This document shows, piece after piece, positions 20,883-30,132 of a DNA stretch of 64,000 nt. How positions within the stretch are numbered: the first letter of the stretch is position 1; every line of letters starts with the position of its first letter. The stretch lies in IMG/VR virus record IMGVR_UViG_3300030329_003387; one strand, 5' to 3'. A model generated the notes under the pieces. The model saw nothing but the letters and a program-made list of their open reading frames with translations, ran no database searches and was not told the DNA's origin. The stretch is from a virus. The translations under genes and the position numbers were made by a program.

Positions 20883-21992
20883 CTATATAATTTCGGACGA
20901 AGGATCTACTAATATAAAACCAATCCTAGACGAATAATTTGGTTTTAAGAAACCGTCTCGCTTACCAGTTATTGAAGCTGGCGCATATTCATCTGCTCCT
21001 AAATCCCAAGTATCTCCTTTGTCATCTCTATCTCTTCCGTCTATGTCTATTTCTACGTTTGTAGGAGTTGTTCCCAAATCAACACCTTCATCTATACACG
21101 TACTTATTGATTTTAGATGGAGGTTGGGATCGCTCTTTACGCTACTAGAAAAAGCATTCGTGTGTGTTTCTTCTACAATATTAGTGAAGTCTGTCACGCT
21201 TGCTGCGTCATAGCAGAGATGACTATTTACAGCAGATGAATCTTTGGTTCCAGCTCCTGCAATCTTGCCGAGATTGTCATCTAATATAATATTGTTTCTT
21301 ATTCTTGAGTTTGCATGAGTGTCCATATATGCAAACATTTCTTGGTTTGTAGAAACGCTTTGCTTGTCTATATCATAAAAGGTATTGTTATAAATTAATT
21401 GTTCTCTAGCCGTGCTTGAGTTTCCATGAAAAACATACCAAGAGTGACCTTCGCCACCATGTATATTGAATACAAAGTTATTCGTAAAAACGTTTTTATT
21501 CCCCTCTAACAAAAACGTATAGTTGTTAGAAGAGTCTTGCCCAGCGCCAAAACTGTGTATCAAATTGTTTTGTATGTAAAGCTCTGTAGCGCCAGTACAC
21601 TTAAACATTTGCTTATCGTTACCATTACTAATGGTGTCGTCATCTCCGTCAAACTCTATCCATGAAAAAGTCATGGTGTCAACGGTTGCGTTTCCATCAA
21701 ACTGTACAAGATGTCTACTTGCTGAATTTCTTCTTACCGTAGCTCCAGTGCCTTTATTGCCATTGTGTCTATTACCTTCTGCACTTGAAGATGTTAGCGT
21801 AATACTGTCCAAACCAATACTTCCACCACCGTCTACGTCTATGTCCTCAACAAAAACACTATCATTATAAAGCTCGCCAACAGCGTCATCTCCACTGCTA
21901 TATATTGAAGAGCTATCTAAATCTGCTTCCCATGCAGCTATCGTACTGTAATCACGGGAAGAAGTACCTATACTTTTTGTAACAGTTGCCAT
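20883..21992 (-). CDS. Right-handed beta-helix (pectin-lyase-like) virion protein
   Basis: Repeating IQNNLIH/FTNNFVF/IYNNTFY/IRNNII motifs and a C-terminal LHL...CIDEG...DIDG..R..WDLGADE module. Confidence 0.65.
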   Translation of the reverse strand: MATVTKSIGTSSRDYSTIAAWEADLDSSSIYSSGDDAVGELYNDSVFVEDIDVDGGGSIGLDSITLTSSSAEGNRHNGNKGTGATVRRNSASRHLVQFDGNATVDTMTFSWIEFDGDDDTISNGNDKQMFKCTGATELYIQNNLIHSFGAGQDSSNNYTFLLEGNKNVFTNNFVFNIHGGEGHSWYVFHGNSSTAREQLIYNNTFYDIDKQSVSTNQEMFAYMDTHANSRIRNNIILDDNLGKIAGAGTKDSSAVNSHLCYDAASVTDFTNIVEETHTNAFSSSVKSDPNLHLKSISTCIDEGVDLGTTPTNVEIDIDGRDRDDKGDTWDLGADEYAPASITGKRDGFLKPNYSSRIGFILVDPSSEII

Positions 21993-22771
21993 TATACTAC
22001 TATTATCCCCGCTTCAACTTTGTCTACATTGATATCATCTATGAATGGTCTTTCGTTAAGATCTACCCTTCCGTCAACTTCTTTGTCTTTGTTTCTAACA
22101 TCATCTACGTTTACGCCACTAATATCCCAGTAAGGAACTTGCCATCTTCTTTTAGCTATCAAGATGTCATCTCCAGTAATAACTCTATCGTGACGTTGAT
22201 GTACAGTGTCTCCGGAAAGCTCTTGAATGATACCTCCGGCGTTGCCTCTACAATTCATGGCATAAAAATGCCTTTTTTCCAATTCAGTTAAAGGCCAAGA
22301 CATGTGTTCATTTTTTAGGTTGTCAGTGTGAGTTTCTATGTCGTTCCACACACTATCTATGTCTACCTGCCTGTTACCTGCGTACCATACCTCTGCATCG
22401 CTTTCGCCAAAAATTAAATGGTTGCGATTCTTAAACCTTCTTTTCAATAGATCATGTACGTCTATAGATTCCCCGTTGTCATTGGCTGTCAAACCAATAA
22501 TCTCTTCTTCCAGAGTGATTAAGTTTATTTTCTTAACCTCTGTCTGGTTTACCCTAACAAACTTATATTTGTTAGTCTTTTCCATGAACTTCATAAGAAG
22601 TCCATCATTAGGACGAAGGCCAGTAACCGTATCAAGAGGGAAATTATTAACGTGGCATTTCATCTCGGCATGACACATGAGTATCTTGTCGTTAGAGAAT
22701 GCTTGAACTATGTCTCCATCTTTATAGGATTTATCACCAGCTACATCATCTATTTTTAAGATGAGTTCCAT
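21992..22771 (-). CDS. Hypothetical protein
   Basis: ORF with GGGAG RBS before ATG 22771. Confidence 0.6.
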   Translation of the reverse strand: MELILKIDDVAGDKSYKDGDIVQAFSNDKILMCHAEMKCHVNNFPLDTVTGLRPNDGLLMKFMEKTNKYKFVRVNQTEVKKINLITLEEEIIGLTANDNGESIDVHDLLKRRFKNRNHLIFGESDAEVWYAGNRQVDIDSVWNDIETHTDNLKNEHMSWPLTELEKRHFYAMNCRGNAGGIIQELSGDTVHQRHDRVITGDDILIAKRRWQVPYWDISGVNVDDVRNKDKEVDGRVDLNERPFIDDINVDKVEAGIIVV

Positions 22772-22781
22772 TGCTGACTCC

Positions 22782-23078
22782 CTATACGAGCATGAAAAAT
22801 ACTTTGCTATTAGTTCCTGTAGATGCAACTACATATACTTTTGTTGCGTCTCTTACCGGAACTAATATAGACTCACCAGCCGCCAACGGAAATCCATCAG
22901 TATCGTCTGCTGAATCTGCTGTTACATTATGTAACCCGACATATATAGTAGCAGAATTACCAGCGCTAGCTGTGATCTGCACACCCCTGTCGGCCTTGGT
23001 AGTATTGGTAGTCAATTGGAGCGCTGTGGTTCCAATGCTACTCTTTCTACCTGTTAGAAAATTAGGAACAGCTGTCAT
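22782..23078 (-). CDS. Small virion structural protein
   Basis: 98-aa beta-rich protein (NSATIYVG...GFPLAAGES). Confidence 0.55.
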   Translation of the reverse strand: MTAVPNFLTGRKSSIGTTALQLTTNTTKADRGVQITASAGNSATIYVGLHNVTADSADDTDGFPLAAGESILVPVRDATKVYVVASTGTNSKVFFMLV

Positions 23079-23088
23079 TGTTTATTCC

Positions 23089-23295
23089 TTATGATGTGTA
23101 ATAAGTTACTTCGTCAAATCTATCTGTAAGCTTGCCTTCAAGACCGCCAGTTGTACCAGCGTCATTTTGTGTGGCATCAATAGTAAAATTGCTACCAATA
23201 GCATCAGTACCAGCGGCTTTTGGAGAACCAACTACAATAGCCCCGTTATTGATTGCGCTTACGTTTTTTTGTGCATGGTCAGCTACGTCAGCCAT
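23089..23295 (-). CDS. Hypothetical protein
   Basis: 68 aa, AAGGAG RBS. Confidence 0.55.
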   Translation of the reverse strand: MADVADHAQKNVSAINNGAIVVGSPKAAGTDAIGSNFTIDATQNDAGTTGGLEGKLTDRFDEVTYYTS

Positions 23296-23308
23296 ATCTA
23301 TCTCCTTG

Positions 23309-25582
23309 TTAGGATTCTAATTCTGAAATTCTTTGTTTAGCTGCATCAAGCTCAGCTTTAAGCTCTTTGACGGCAGCGACTAAGTAAACATTGATTATAT
23401 GGTTATCAAGGGATTTTACATCCTCCACAATCACTTCATGTGTATCATGATCTTTTAGGTCATGTCCGCTATTAATAACAGCTTCTGGAAAATGTTCTTC
23501 AACTTCTTGTGCTATAAAGTTGTAGTAGTTAGTATCAGATGTAACTCCAGCTGTACAATCACAATAGCTTTCTGTATATTTAAATTTGACTGGTCTCAAT
23601 GAGTCTATTTTATCCAAAGCATTTTCTATAGTGCTTACGTCTGTTTTAACTCTTTGGTCTGATACTACAGTCCATACAGAACTTATTGGTTTTGCAGCAG
23701 AATTACTACTTAACTGTAATTCATATGAAGGGGTGGTATTCAATCCGACTTTTCCGTCGTCTGTTATTTTTATACCTTCATTTCCTCCGTCATTACTTAT
23801 CCAGTTATTGTTTAGCAATATGTTGCCTTGTACACTAACCTCATTAAACACGCCAGATCCACGGAATTTAGTAGAGTCTGCATAAACCTCCATTTTGTGA
23901 AGGTTACTTCCTTCCGTATCAAATCTAGTTATGTTTAATTTGGCATTTGTGTCTGCGGCGCTAGTACCCGCCTGTATGTAAGCAGTATTATTTGTTGATC
24001 TTGAACCAACAAACCTTAGAGCTGAATTACTTCCACCAAATGGGTCTCCAATAATCATCGAGGTATTTTCACCATAAACATGCAACTTGTCCTTGCCTAG
24101 AACAGTAGAATGATATGGAGAGTCGGTATTAATACCAACGTTTCCTCTTCTATCAATAGTTAAATGAGAAGGAACAAAAGAACCTGAGTTATTAATCTTC
24201 AAAGAGGAGTTAGAAGACTTATAGCCTATAGTGGCCCAATGTCCCTTTTCATTGTCGGTAGAGGCATAACTTAATATTCCACTACCATCTGTATTTTTAC
24301 CTATGTGTATCGCTGTGTTGGTATTTAGAGCATTTTCCAAAGCAAAGGTTGTAGGAGTGCCGCTTCCAGAAACATGCAGATTGTGATTAGGTCTCCAAGT
24401 ATGCTGAACACTAATTCCTGAGTTACCTATACCAACATTACCGTTGGTGGAATCAATAACAAGCGCTTGCGCTCTGGGTACTTGAGCGCTTTTTGTGTCT
24501 ATAACCAGCCTGTGTTTGTCGCCTTCCCATCGTATGTCAGCATAATTCGATAAGTATGACCTACCATCTCCAGAGCCTATATACAAATGAGAATCGCCAG
24601 TTTTTGATCCTATAGATACAGCATGACCATCTCCACTAGCTGTTATTCTTCCAAGGCTATCTCCAACCTCAAAACGCTCTTTAGGATATCTATTACCAAC
24701 GGATGCATACCCACCACTATCTATAACAAAAAGAGCTTCGCTAGATCTAACAGATCCGCTTCTGTCGGTGTCAGAGCCTATAAAGAAGTAACCGACACCA
24801 CTACCTGCGCTGCTCACGCCGATACCATAACCTAAAGTTATGTCATTTTCGCTATAATCTGTAGTCCCTGTTTTGTACTTGTATATTAAAGTGTTGGCTA
24901 AATCGTTTGAGGCTATTTTAGAATCAAACCTCAAAGCAGCCCCAGACGAACGAACATGAAGTGAGTTGAGAGCATTTGTAGTACCAACGCCAACTTTACC
25001 AGTGCTGCCTAAAGACATTCTTGGTGTAAAGATTGAAGTGCCGCTTGCCCAGTGACCAAAGTACATAGACTTATTGTCAGGAACGGCTATATTTCCAACA
25101 GCGTGGTCTAAAACCAAATTAACACCTGAGCCGTGTATAGACTTCAGGTGCATTGCTGGGTACTTGGTTCCACTGCCATAGACAAGGACTTGGCCCTTTT
25201 CGTCTATGGCCATTCTCTTAACTGGACCTCTACCTCCAGTTGAAGAAACAACTCCAGAACTAGCAGTCTTGAAAACTATAATACCATTATCTCTATTAGT
25301 GGTATCATCTCCACTGATAAAATTTATAGTGGCAACGTCTTTGCCAGACCACTGACCTTTTATTGTTGAAATATTGCCGTTAGCAGTTACTATACTGCTG
25401 TCTCTTAGGTCTAAATCATTCCTAAAATATACGTCAGTACCGCTAGCTGTAATTGGTATGACGGAGTCAACCATATTTTTTAGGGTAGTTCTAAGCGTTT
25501 CCGCTGTGATACCGCCAGCTTGATTATCTGCTAAGTCTGCATCTATTTTAGTCTTTAGACTATTTTGCGTATATTCTGCCAT
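23309..25582 (-). CDS. Fibre protein with C-terminal intramolecular chaperone (peptidase S74) domain
   Basis: GNVGIG/GKVGVG...LHV fibre repeats; C-terminal SDQRVKTDV...LRPVKFKY...FIAQEVEEHFPEAV...AVKELKAE. Confidence 0.85.
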   Translation of the reverse strand: MAEYTQNSLKTKIDADLADNQAGGITAETLRTTLKNMVDSVIPITASGTDVYFRNDLDLRDSSIVTANGNISTIKGQWSGKDVATINFISGDDTTNRDNGIIVFKTASSGVVSSTGGRGPVKRMAIDEKGQVLVYGSGTKYPAMHLKSIHGSGVNLVLDHAVGNIAVPDNKSMYFGHWASGTSIFTPRMSLGSTGKVGVGTTNALNSLHVRSSGAALRFDSKIASNDLANTLIYKYKTGTTDYSENDITLGYGIGVSSAGSGVGYFFIGSDTDRSGSVRSSEALFVIDSGGYASVGNRYPKERFEVGDSLGRITASGDGHAVSIGSKTGDSHLYIGSGDGRSYLSNYADIRWEGDKHRLVIDTKSAQVPRAQALVIDSTNGNVGIGNSGISVQHTWRPNHNLHVSGSGTPTTFALENALNTNTAIHIGKNTDGSGILSYASTDNEKGHWATIGYKSSNSSLKINNSGSFVPSHLTIDRRGNVGINTDSPYHSTVLGKDKLHVYGENTSMIIGDPFGGSNSALRFVGSRSTNNTAYIQAGTSAADTNAKLNITRFDTEGSNLHKMEVYADSTKFRGSGVFNEVSVQGNILLNNNWISNDGGNEGIKITDDGKVGLNTTPSYELQLSSNSAAKPISSVWTVVSDQRVKTDVSTIENALDKIDSLRPVKFKYTESYCDCTAGVTSDTNYYNFIAQEVEEHFPEAVINSGHDLKDHDTHEVIVEDVKSLDNHIINVYLVAAVKELKAELDAAKQRISELES

Positions 25583-26091
25583 TATTCAAAGTATCCTGAT
25601 CTTTGACCTAAGTGTGTTCTTGCAACAGCATCGCTTCCCGGAGAATAAGGACCAAGTATAGCTTGTCCAACAATGCCGTTCATCTTGTATTCCAGTTTGG
25701 CGTCGTCGTATTTTTTGTTTATGTCGTCGAATAATATTTTTAAACTACTAACTATACCCCTAAGATCTAAAGAGGATGGTCCGTCTTTTAAAGCGATAGC
25801 ATTTAAAGAGTGTGTTTTTAGTTCGCTACCTAAAAGAACTGTGGCGGATTTTAGGGAAACCAAATTTATAAACGAATTATCTTTACTTCCAGACGTAGTG
25901 GGGTCTGGAGACAAAGACGATCCGTCTACATCTATTGTGTATGTTTTATCAAAATTGATTTCATGCAAAACTAATTGTGCTGAAACTAGTATGCTTTCTT
26001 CAATTCTGCTGTCTGTGAAAGTATAGTTGCTAGAGTCTAAATCATTGATCAGGTGGCGAACAATTATACTCATTTCATTTTGCCAAGCCAT
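25582..26091 (-). CDS. Probable head-tail adaptor protein
   Basis: IVRHLINDLD...YTFTDSRIEE N-terminal pattern resembling adaptor proteins. Confidence 0.5.
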   Translation of the reverse strand: MAWQNEMSIIVRHLINDLDSSNYTFTDSRIEESILVSAQLVLHEINFDKTYTIDVDGSSLSPDPTTSGSKDNSFINLVSLKSATVLLGSELKTHSLNAIALKDGPSSLDLRGIVSSLKILFDDINKKYDDAKLEYKMNGIVGQAILGPYSPGSDAVARTHLGQRSGYFE

Positions 26092-26101
26092 ATTACGCCC
26101 C

Positions 26102-26413
26102 TTATAGATTTCTGTGAACTTTAAACGTCTGTATATCTGTATAAAAAGTCCCGTCTGTAATAACTACCTTTCCCTGTATTTCGTATGTTCCAACTTCATC
26201 CAAATCATCTGCGACAACTGTGTAATATATTTTTCCGTCTGTTCCATCGCTATTAAATGAAGCGGCTTTTGTCATACTTGTGCCTGATGGCTTTTTAAAA
26301 ATAATTTGTTTTGTACTTGTAGCACTAGAGACGTTTACAGCGTCACTGCCATCTTTTATTGTTACAAGGAACTTAGTTCCTATATCGTTTTGGTGTACTT
26401 CGTTTGCTGCCAT
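26102..26413 (-). CDS. BppU-N-like small structural protein
   Basis: DIGTKFLVTIKD...IIFKKPSG...DGKIYY...DLDEVGTYEIQGKV. Confidence 0.55.
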   Translation of the reverse strand: MAANEVHQNDIGTKFLVTIKDGSDAVNVSSATSTKQIIFKKPSGTSMTKAASFNSDGTDGKIYYTVVADDLDEVGTYEIQGKVVITDGTFYTDIQTFKVHRNL

Positions 26414-26414
26414 A

Positions 26415-26993
26415 TTATCTCTCTCTAAATAAATCAAAGCTTTTTTGCTTATCTATGTATTGAGATTTGTTAATAATCTTATCTATATACAAATCAACAG
26501 GCTTTTGTTTGTCTAAATACAAAGCCAATTCCGGCATTTTTTCTATATAAGCAGATAAATCAAGCTGCTTATCTAAATACAGTGTTAAATCAACAGTATC
26601 CGCATTATCAAAGGCGTTTGTAAGTTTACCCGCTAATGTGGAAGGGAAAGTTAAATCAGCAGTCCCTCCTAATAATAATACACTTTTTGACGTTAAACTT
26701 CCCTGACTTTCTAAAGAAGCAGTGTCTGCCCAATTAAAAGAGGCGCTTACAACCACTGGTATGTTTGTTGTGCCAATTTTTTCTACAATCCCATTAGCTG
26801 CAAAATGCACGCTTGAATACATAACTTCTTGGGTTATGGTTGCTGTACCAACAAGCGTAGGTCCTTTTTCAAAACCAATGTCGAAACCTCTACTAAAAGC
26901 AGGTCCAACAGCTATTCTGGCTACAGCGTTCCTAGACGCTAAAGCACTAATAGACGAAAGTGCATTGGAGCTTATAGGGCTAAAACCTAGCAT
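26415..26993 (-). CDS. Hypothetical virion protein
   Basis: MLGFSPISSNALS N-terminus; C-terminal short LYLDKQ repeats. Confidence 0.55.
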   Translation of the reverse strand: MLGFSPISSNALSSISALASRNAVARIAVGPAFSRGFDIGFEKGPTLVGTATITQEVMYSSVHFAANGIVEKIGTTNIPVVVSASFNWADTASLESQGSLTSKSVLLLGGTADLTFPSTLAGKLTNAFDNADTVDLTLYLDKQLDLSAYIEKMPELALYLDKQKPVDLYIDKIINKSQYIDKQKSFDLFRER

Positions 26994-27785
26994 TTAAAGT
27001 TCTTTCAATGATTTTATTGATTTAAGATTGTAATTCAAAAATTGTTCTTCGCTAGTAAAGGCTGTTGGTCCTGTTATGTCAGGGTTTCCCTTGAACCTAA
27101 ACAAAAAATTTCCCATATCCGAAGCTCTAACTAAAGCGTAGTGATCGTTCATTATCTTTTTGTGGTATTTTTTAAGTTCCTTATCATCCATACCTTTAAT
27201 GTCTTCTACAACATTAATACCTTTACTTTTTAAGTAGGATATGCAAAATGTAAGTTCTGCCGTTATGTCCTTATAAAAAAGTTCGCTTTTTAAACCCACC
27301 CTCTTTGCACTTACGGGTTTGTCTTCTTTAAAGTTTTTTATAAACTCCATGCTCCATATGAGCATTGAAAACAAGCTTTTCTTCTTTCCGCCAATAATAT
27401 GATCTGAAGGGTGAAACAATACATCCGGCCTAAACAAAAAATTACAAGTAGTGATTTTGTTAGGGTTTTTTCTAGCAGTGTCTACAAGGTTAGATATGTC
27501 AGTAAAATACTCATCAGATCTCAATTTTATTACATAGTCTGTTTTAGCTGCTCTTACGCCTTCAAAAAATGTTTTTATGTGATATTGTATATTTTGAAAG
27601 TTATACCCTTTAGGTTTAAAAAATTTGTTCTTTATTATTTTTGCATGTCTACCGAGGTTTTTGATTAGGTTTGGACAATCGTTATCCCAGCAAGAAACTA
27701 TAACTTCTCCATATTTTTTACATATCTTTGCTGTTTTTATTGTTTCGCAAGTAAGTGGTCCTTGTATTACAAACGTTATTTTCAT
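26994..27785 (-). CDS. WavE-like LPS/glycan synthesis protein
   Basis: ITFVIQGP, YVIKLRSDE and FHPSDHIIGG motifs resemble the WavE family. Confidence 0.7.
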   Translation of the reverse strand: MKITFVIQGPLTCETIKTAKICKKYGEVIVSCWDNDCPNLIKNLGRHAKIIKNKFFKPKGYNFQNIQYHIKTFFEGVRAAKTDYVIKLRSDEYFTDISNLVDTARKNPNKITTCNFLFRPDVLFHPSDHIIGGKKKSLFSMLIWSMEFIKNFKEDKPVSAKRVGLKSELFYKDITAELTFCISYLKSKGINVVEDIKGMDDKELKKYHKKIMNDHYALVRASDMGNFLFRFKGNPDITGPTAFTSEEQFLNYNLKSIKSLKEL

Positions 27786-28358
27786 TTATAAAACTTTGCA
27801 TAAATAAGAAGGCCATCTGTCTTCGCTTATAGCTTCCATTGTTATATCGCCGTTTTGAATTCTTTCATTTACAGCTCTTACAACAGAAGTTCCCCAAGTA
27901 TTCTCCATAAAGTTACAATAGTCATGGCCCATGATATACCCTCCTTTTTTTACCTTAAGCAATGAAATTTCTATCTCCGCAGATACAACTTCATAGTCAT
28001 GGTTTGAGTCTAAATAAACCCAGTCCAAAGAATTATCCTGTAGCTCACACAAAAACTCAGTACTATAATCTTTTATAAGTTCAGCTCTTCCTGAACTAAT
28101 TTCTTCTGAAAAAATGTCCGCAACCATTTCATAATGGTTCCCGTAGCTCGGTATAAGCTGTGGATGCCATTCCTGACCATCGGGACATAACTCAGTCCAT
28201 ATATCAACCAAGTACATCTTCTTAGGCTTCGTGTACTGGAACAGTATCGCGGCATTTGAACCTTTGCAAACACCAAGCTCTGCTCCTACGCCACCTTTAG
28301 GTATTGATAAGTACAGCTCTTCCCTTGTCTGCGTTATTTTAATCTTGTCCATGCCCAC
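27786..28358 (-). CDS. Class I SAM-dependent methyltransferase (Methyltransf_24-like)
   Basis: GAELGVCKG, LDWVYLDSNHDYE and KKGGYIMGHDY motifs. Confidence 0.85.
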   Translation of the reverse strand: MGMDKIKITQTREELYLSIPKGGVGAELGVCKGSNAAILFQYTKPKKMYLVDIWTELCPDGQEWHPQLIPSYGNHYEMVADIFSEEISSGRAELIKDYSTEFLCELQDNSLDWVYLDSNHDYEVVSAEIEISLLKVKKGGYIMGHDYCNFMENTWGTSVVRAVNERIQNGDITMEAISEDRWPSYLCKVL

Positions 28359-29412
28359 GTTTTACCCATATCCTTTCATCATCAGGACATATTACAACTT
28401 TGCCCGACTTCTCGTGTATCTTCTTTGCTTCTAATTTGTGACTCTCAACAAATATAAAAGCTTGGCTTTTTAAATATATATCAGCCTTAAAACTGGAAGA
28501 CTCTTCTATATGATTTTTGTTTCTCTCTTCTTCTCTCTCTGTTGGAAACATGTGTAATTCTTCATAATCTACTCCATGTTTTTTAAGCCATCTCTCCGTG
28601 ACCTCTCTGTATTTTTCAAGTCTTGCTGTTACTATACCTTGAACTTTATAAAGACTTGGAAGTCTGTGTTGTATTGGTTCTACATTTTCAATGTATTCAA
28701 TGTACTTCTGTTCGTCGTTTGCTATATGTGAAGGAACGTCTGGTGAAAGTATTCCATCAAAATCTAAATAACTTCTTTCCATGTATGAAGTATTAAAAAA
28801 GCACCAATCCAGTATGTATGGATGATGCAAATCAAGACCGTAAATATCCACTTTGTCAAGTTTTTTAGGGTTAGCATAAACAGCGCATGTGACTATATCC
28901 TCGTCTGTCTCAATACGACCTACAGCTTTTTCCATAGATCCTCCGCTTGATAAAGTGTCATCTATCAAGACGATGGAGCCACTTTTTTCCTTAAACTGTG
29001 ACATCCTCAACCCTCCAAAGTCTGAAGAGTTTGACATTACATATAAGCTTCCATCTTCCGCTATGCCGTACAAAGGTATGTTTAACCAAAGTGCGCATAG
29101 ACTAGCTGGCAATATTCCAGATCTTGGGACTCCAATTACTCCCTTTAAATTCATCCTTGCCAATTTTGGTAGAAGATGTTTTTTTATGTCGTCAACTAAA
29201 GAAGACACCGTAGAAAATCTAATACTTAGGTTGTCTGGATAACACCAAGGCCCAGTGGCTTTTCTCTTATGTTTCTTCTCAACTGCTATCTTGTATTTTT
29301 TTCTTTCCTCTGGTGTGGCGTTTTGACACCACTGCCAGTTAGGAGGTTCGTAGGTCATCTCTTGCTGGAAAAACGAGCAAAATCCCCACGACTCGCACTG
29401 ACACCTGTCCAT
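28339..29412 (-). CDS. Phosphoribosyltransferase + HAD-like phosphatase fusion
   Basis: GVPRSG and PRPP-binding IVLIDDTLSSGGSM, followed by HAD motif YLDFDGIL and IVTARLE. Confidence 0.75.
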   Translation of the reverse strand: MDRCQCESWGFCSFFQQEMTYEPPNWQWCQNATPEERKKYKIAVEKKHKRKATGPWCYPDNLSIRFSTVSSLVDDIKKHLLPKLARMNLKGVIGVPRSGILPASLCALWLNIPLYGIAEDGSLYVMSNSSDFGGLRMSQFKEKSGSIVLIDDTLSSGGSMEKAVGRIETDEDIVTCAVYANPKKLDKVDIYGLDLHHPYILDWCFFNTSYMERSYLDFDGILSPDVPSHIANDEQKYIEYIENVEPIQHRLPSLYKVQGIVTARLEKYREVTERWLKKHGVDYEELHMFPTEREEERNKNHIEESSSFKADIYLKSQAFIFVESHKLEAKKIHEKSGKVVICPDDERIWVKRGHGQD

Positions 29413-29421
29413 AATTCTCTC

Positions 29422-29829
29422 TTATAAAAACAAATTAAAAGCTGGTCCTAAATCTCTTGTGAAGTCATGTGGAGCTTTATTAGGAGATGCTGAACTTCCT
29501 GTTCCAGAAGGTAGGTCACAAGGAGAGTCATCTCCATCCCCATTACTATCAGTAATGTATTTAAGTGTTAATGTATCTCCGTCTGTTATTCCTGTGACAA
29601 GATATGTGTAAGTAGAGACATCAATTCCTCCATCTCCATGCGCTCCATTTCCAGCATCCATTTTATAAACAGTCACATTGTCTCCAACCTGCACGGGTAT
29701 GGAGGGAGGACCGGCATCGCCGGGATCCCAAGTAATTTTTGCTGAATAATTGACGGTGTAGCTAGGTCCAGACCCCGAACAACTACTTACTGCTTTATCG
29801 CTTACTACATCTACTGTATTTCTAGCCAT
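29422..29829 (-). CDS. Hypothetical virion-associated protein
   Basis: 135-aa ORF in operon. Confidence 0.55.
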   Translation of the reverse strand: MARNTVDVVSDKAVSSCSGSGPSYTVNYSAKITWDPGDAGPPSIPVQVGDNVTVYKMDAGNGAHGDGGIDVSTYTYLVTGITDGDTLTLKYITDSNGDGDDSPCDLPSGTGSSASPNKAPHDFTRDLGPAFNLFL

Positions 29830-29837
29830 CTATATGT

Positions 29838-30122
29838 TTATGGGTTAGGATCAAAGATATCAACCGAAGTATCAAGGCCCGAAACAGAAGCTTCTCTAGC
29901 TTGTTTTACTTCCCAAGCGTCTACATGACTGCTTAAAAACTCACGAACTTTTCTATGAACAAAACTGCCTTGAGTTTCAGGGTTTGGTATTGTTTCAGGC
30001 TCTTCTCCACCTTCTACGAAATCTGGGTTTGGAATATTCTCTAGCCAGCCATACGCACCGCATACAGCATCAAAAACTTTTTGGATATCCCCATCAGCTA
30101 TTCCTAATTCAAAAATTGCCAT
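29838..30122 (-). CDS. Hypothetical protein (possible fibre chaperone)
   Basis: 94 aa with PNPDF...IPNPE motif, downstream of a fibre gene; GGAG RBS. Confidence 0.5.
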   Translation of the reverse strand: MAIFELGIADGDIQKVFDAVCGAYGWLENIPNPDFVEGGEEPETIPNPETQGSFVHRKVREFLSSHVDAWEVKQAREASVSGLDTSVDIFDPNP

Positions 30123-30132
30123 TATAAACTCC

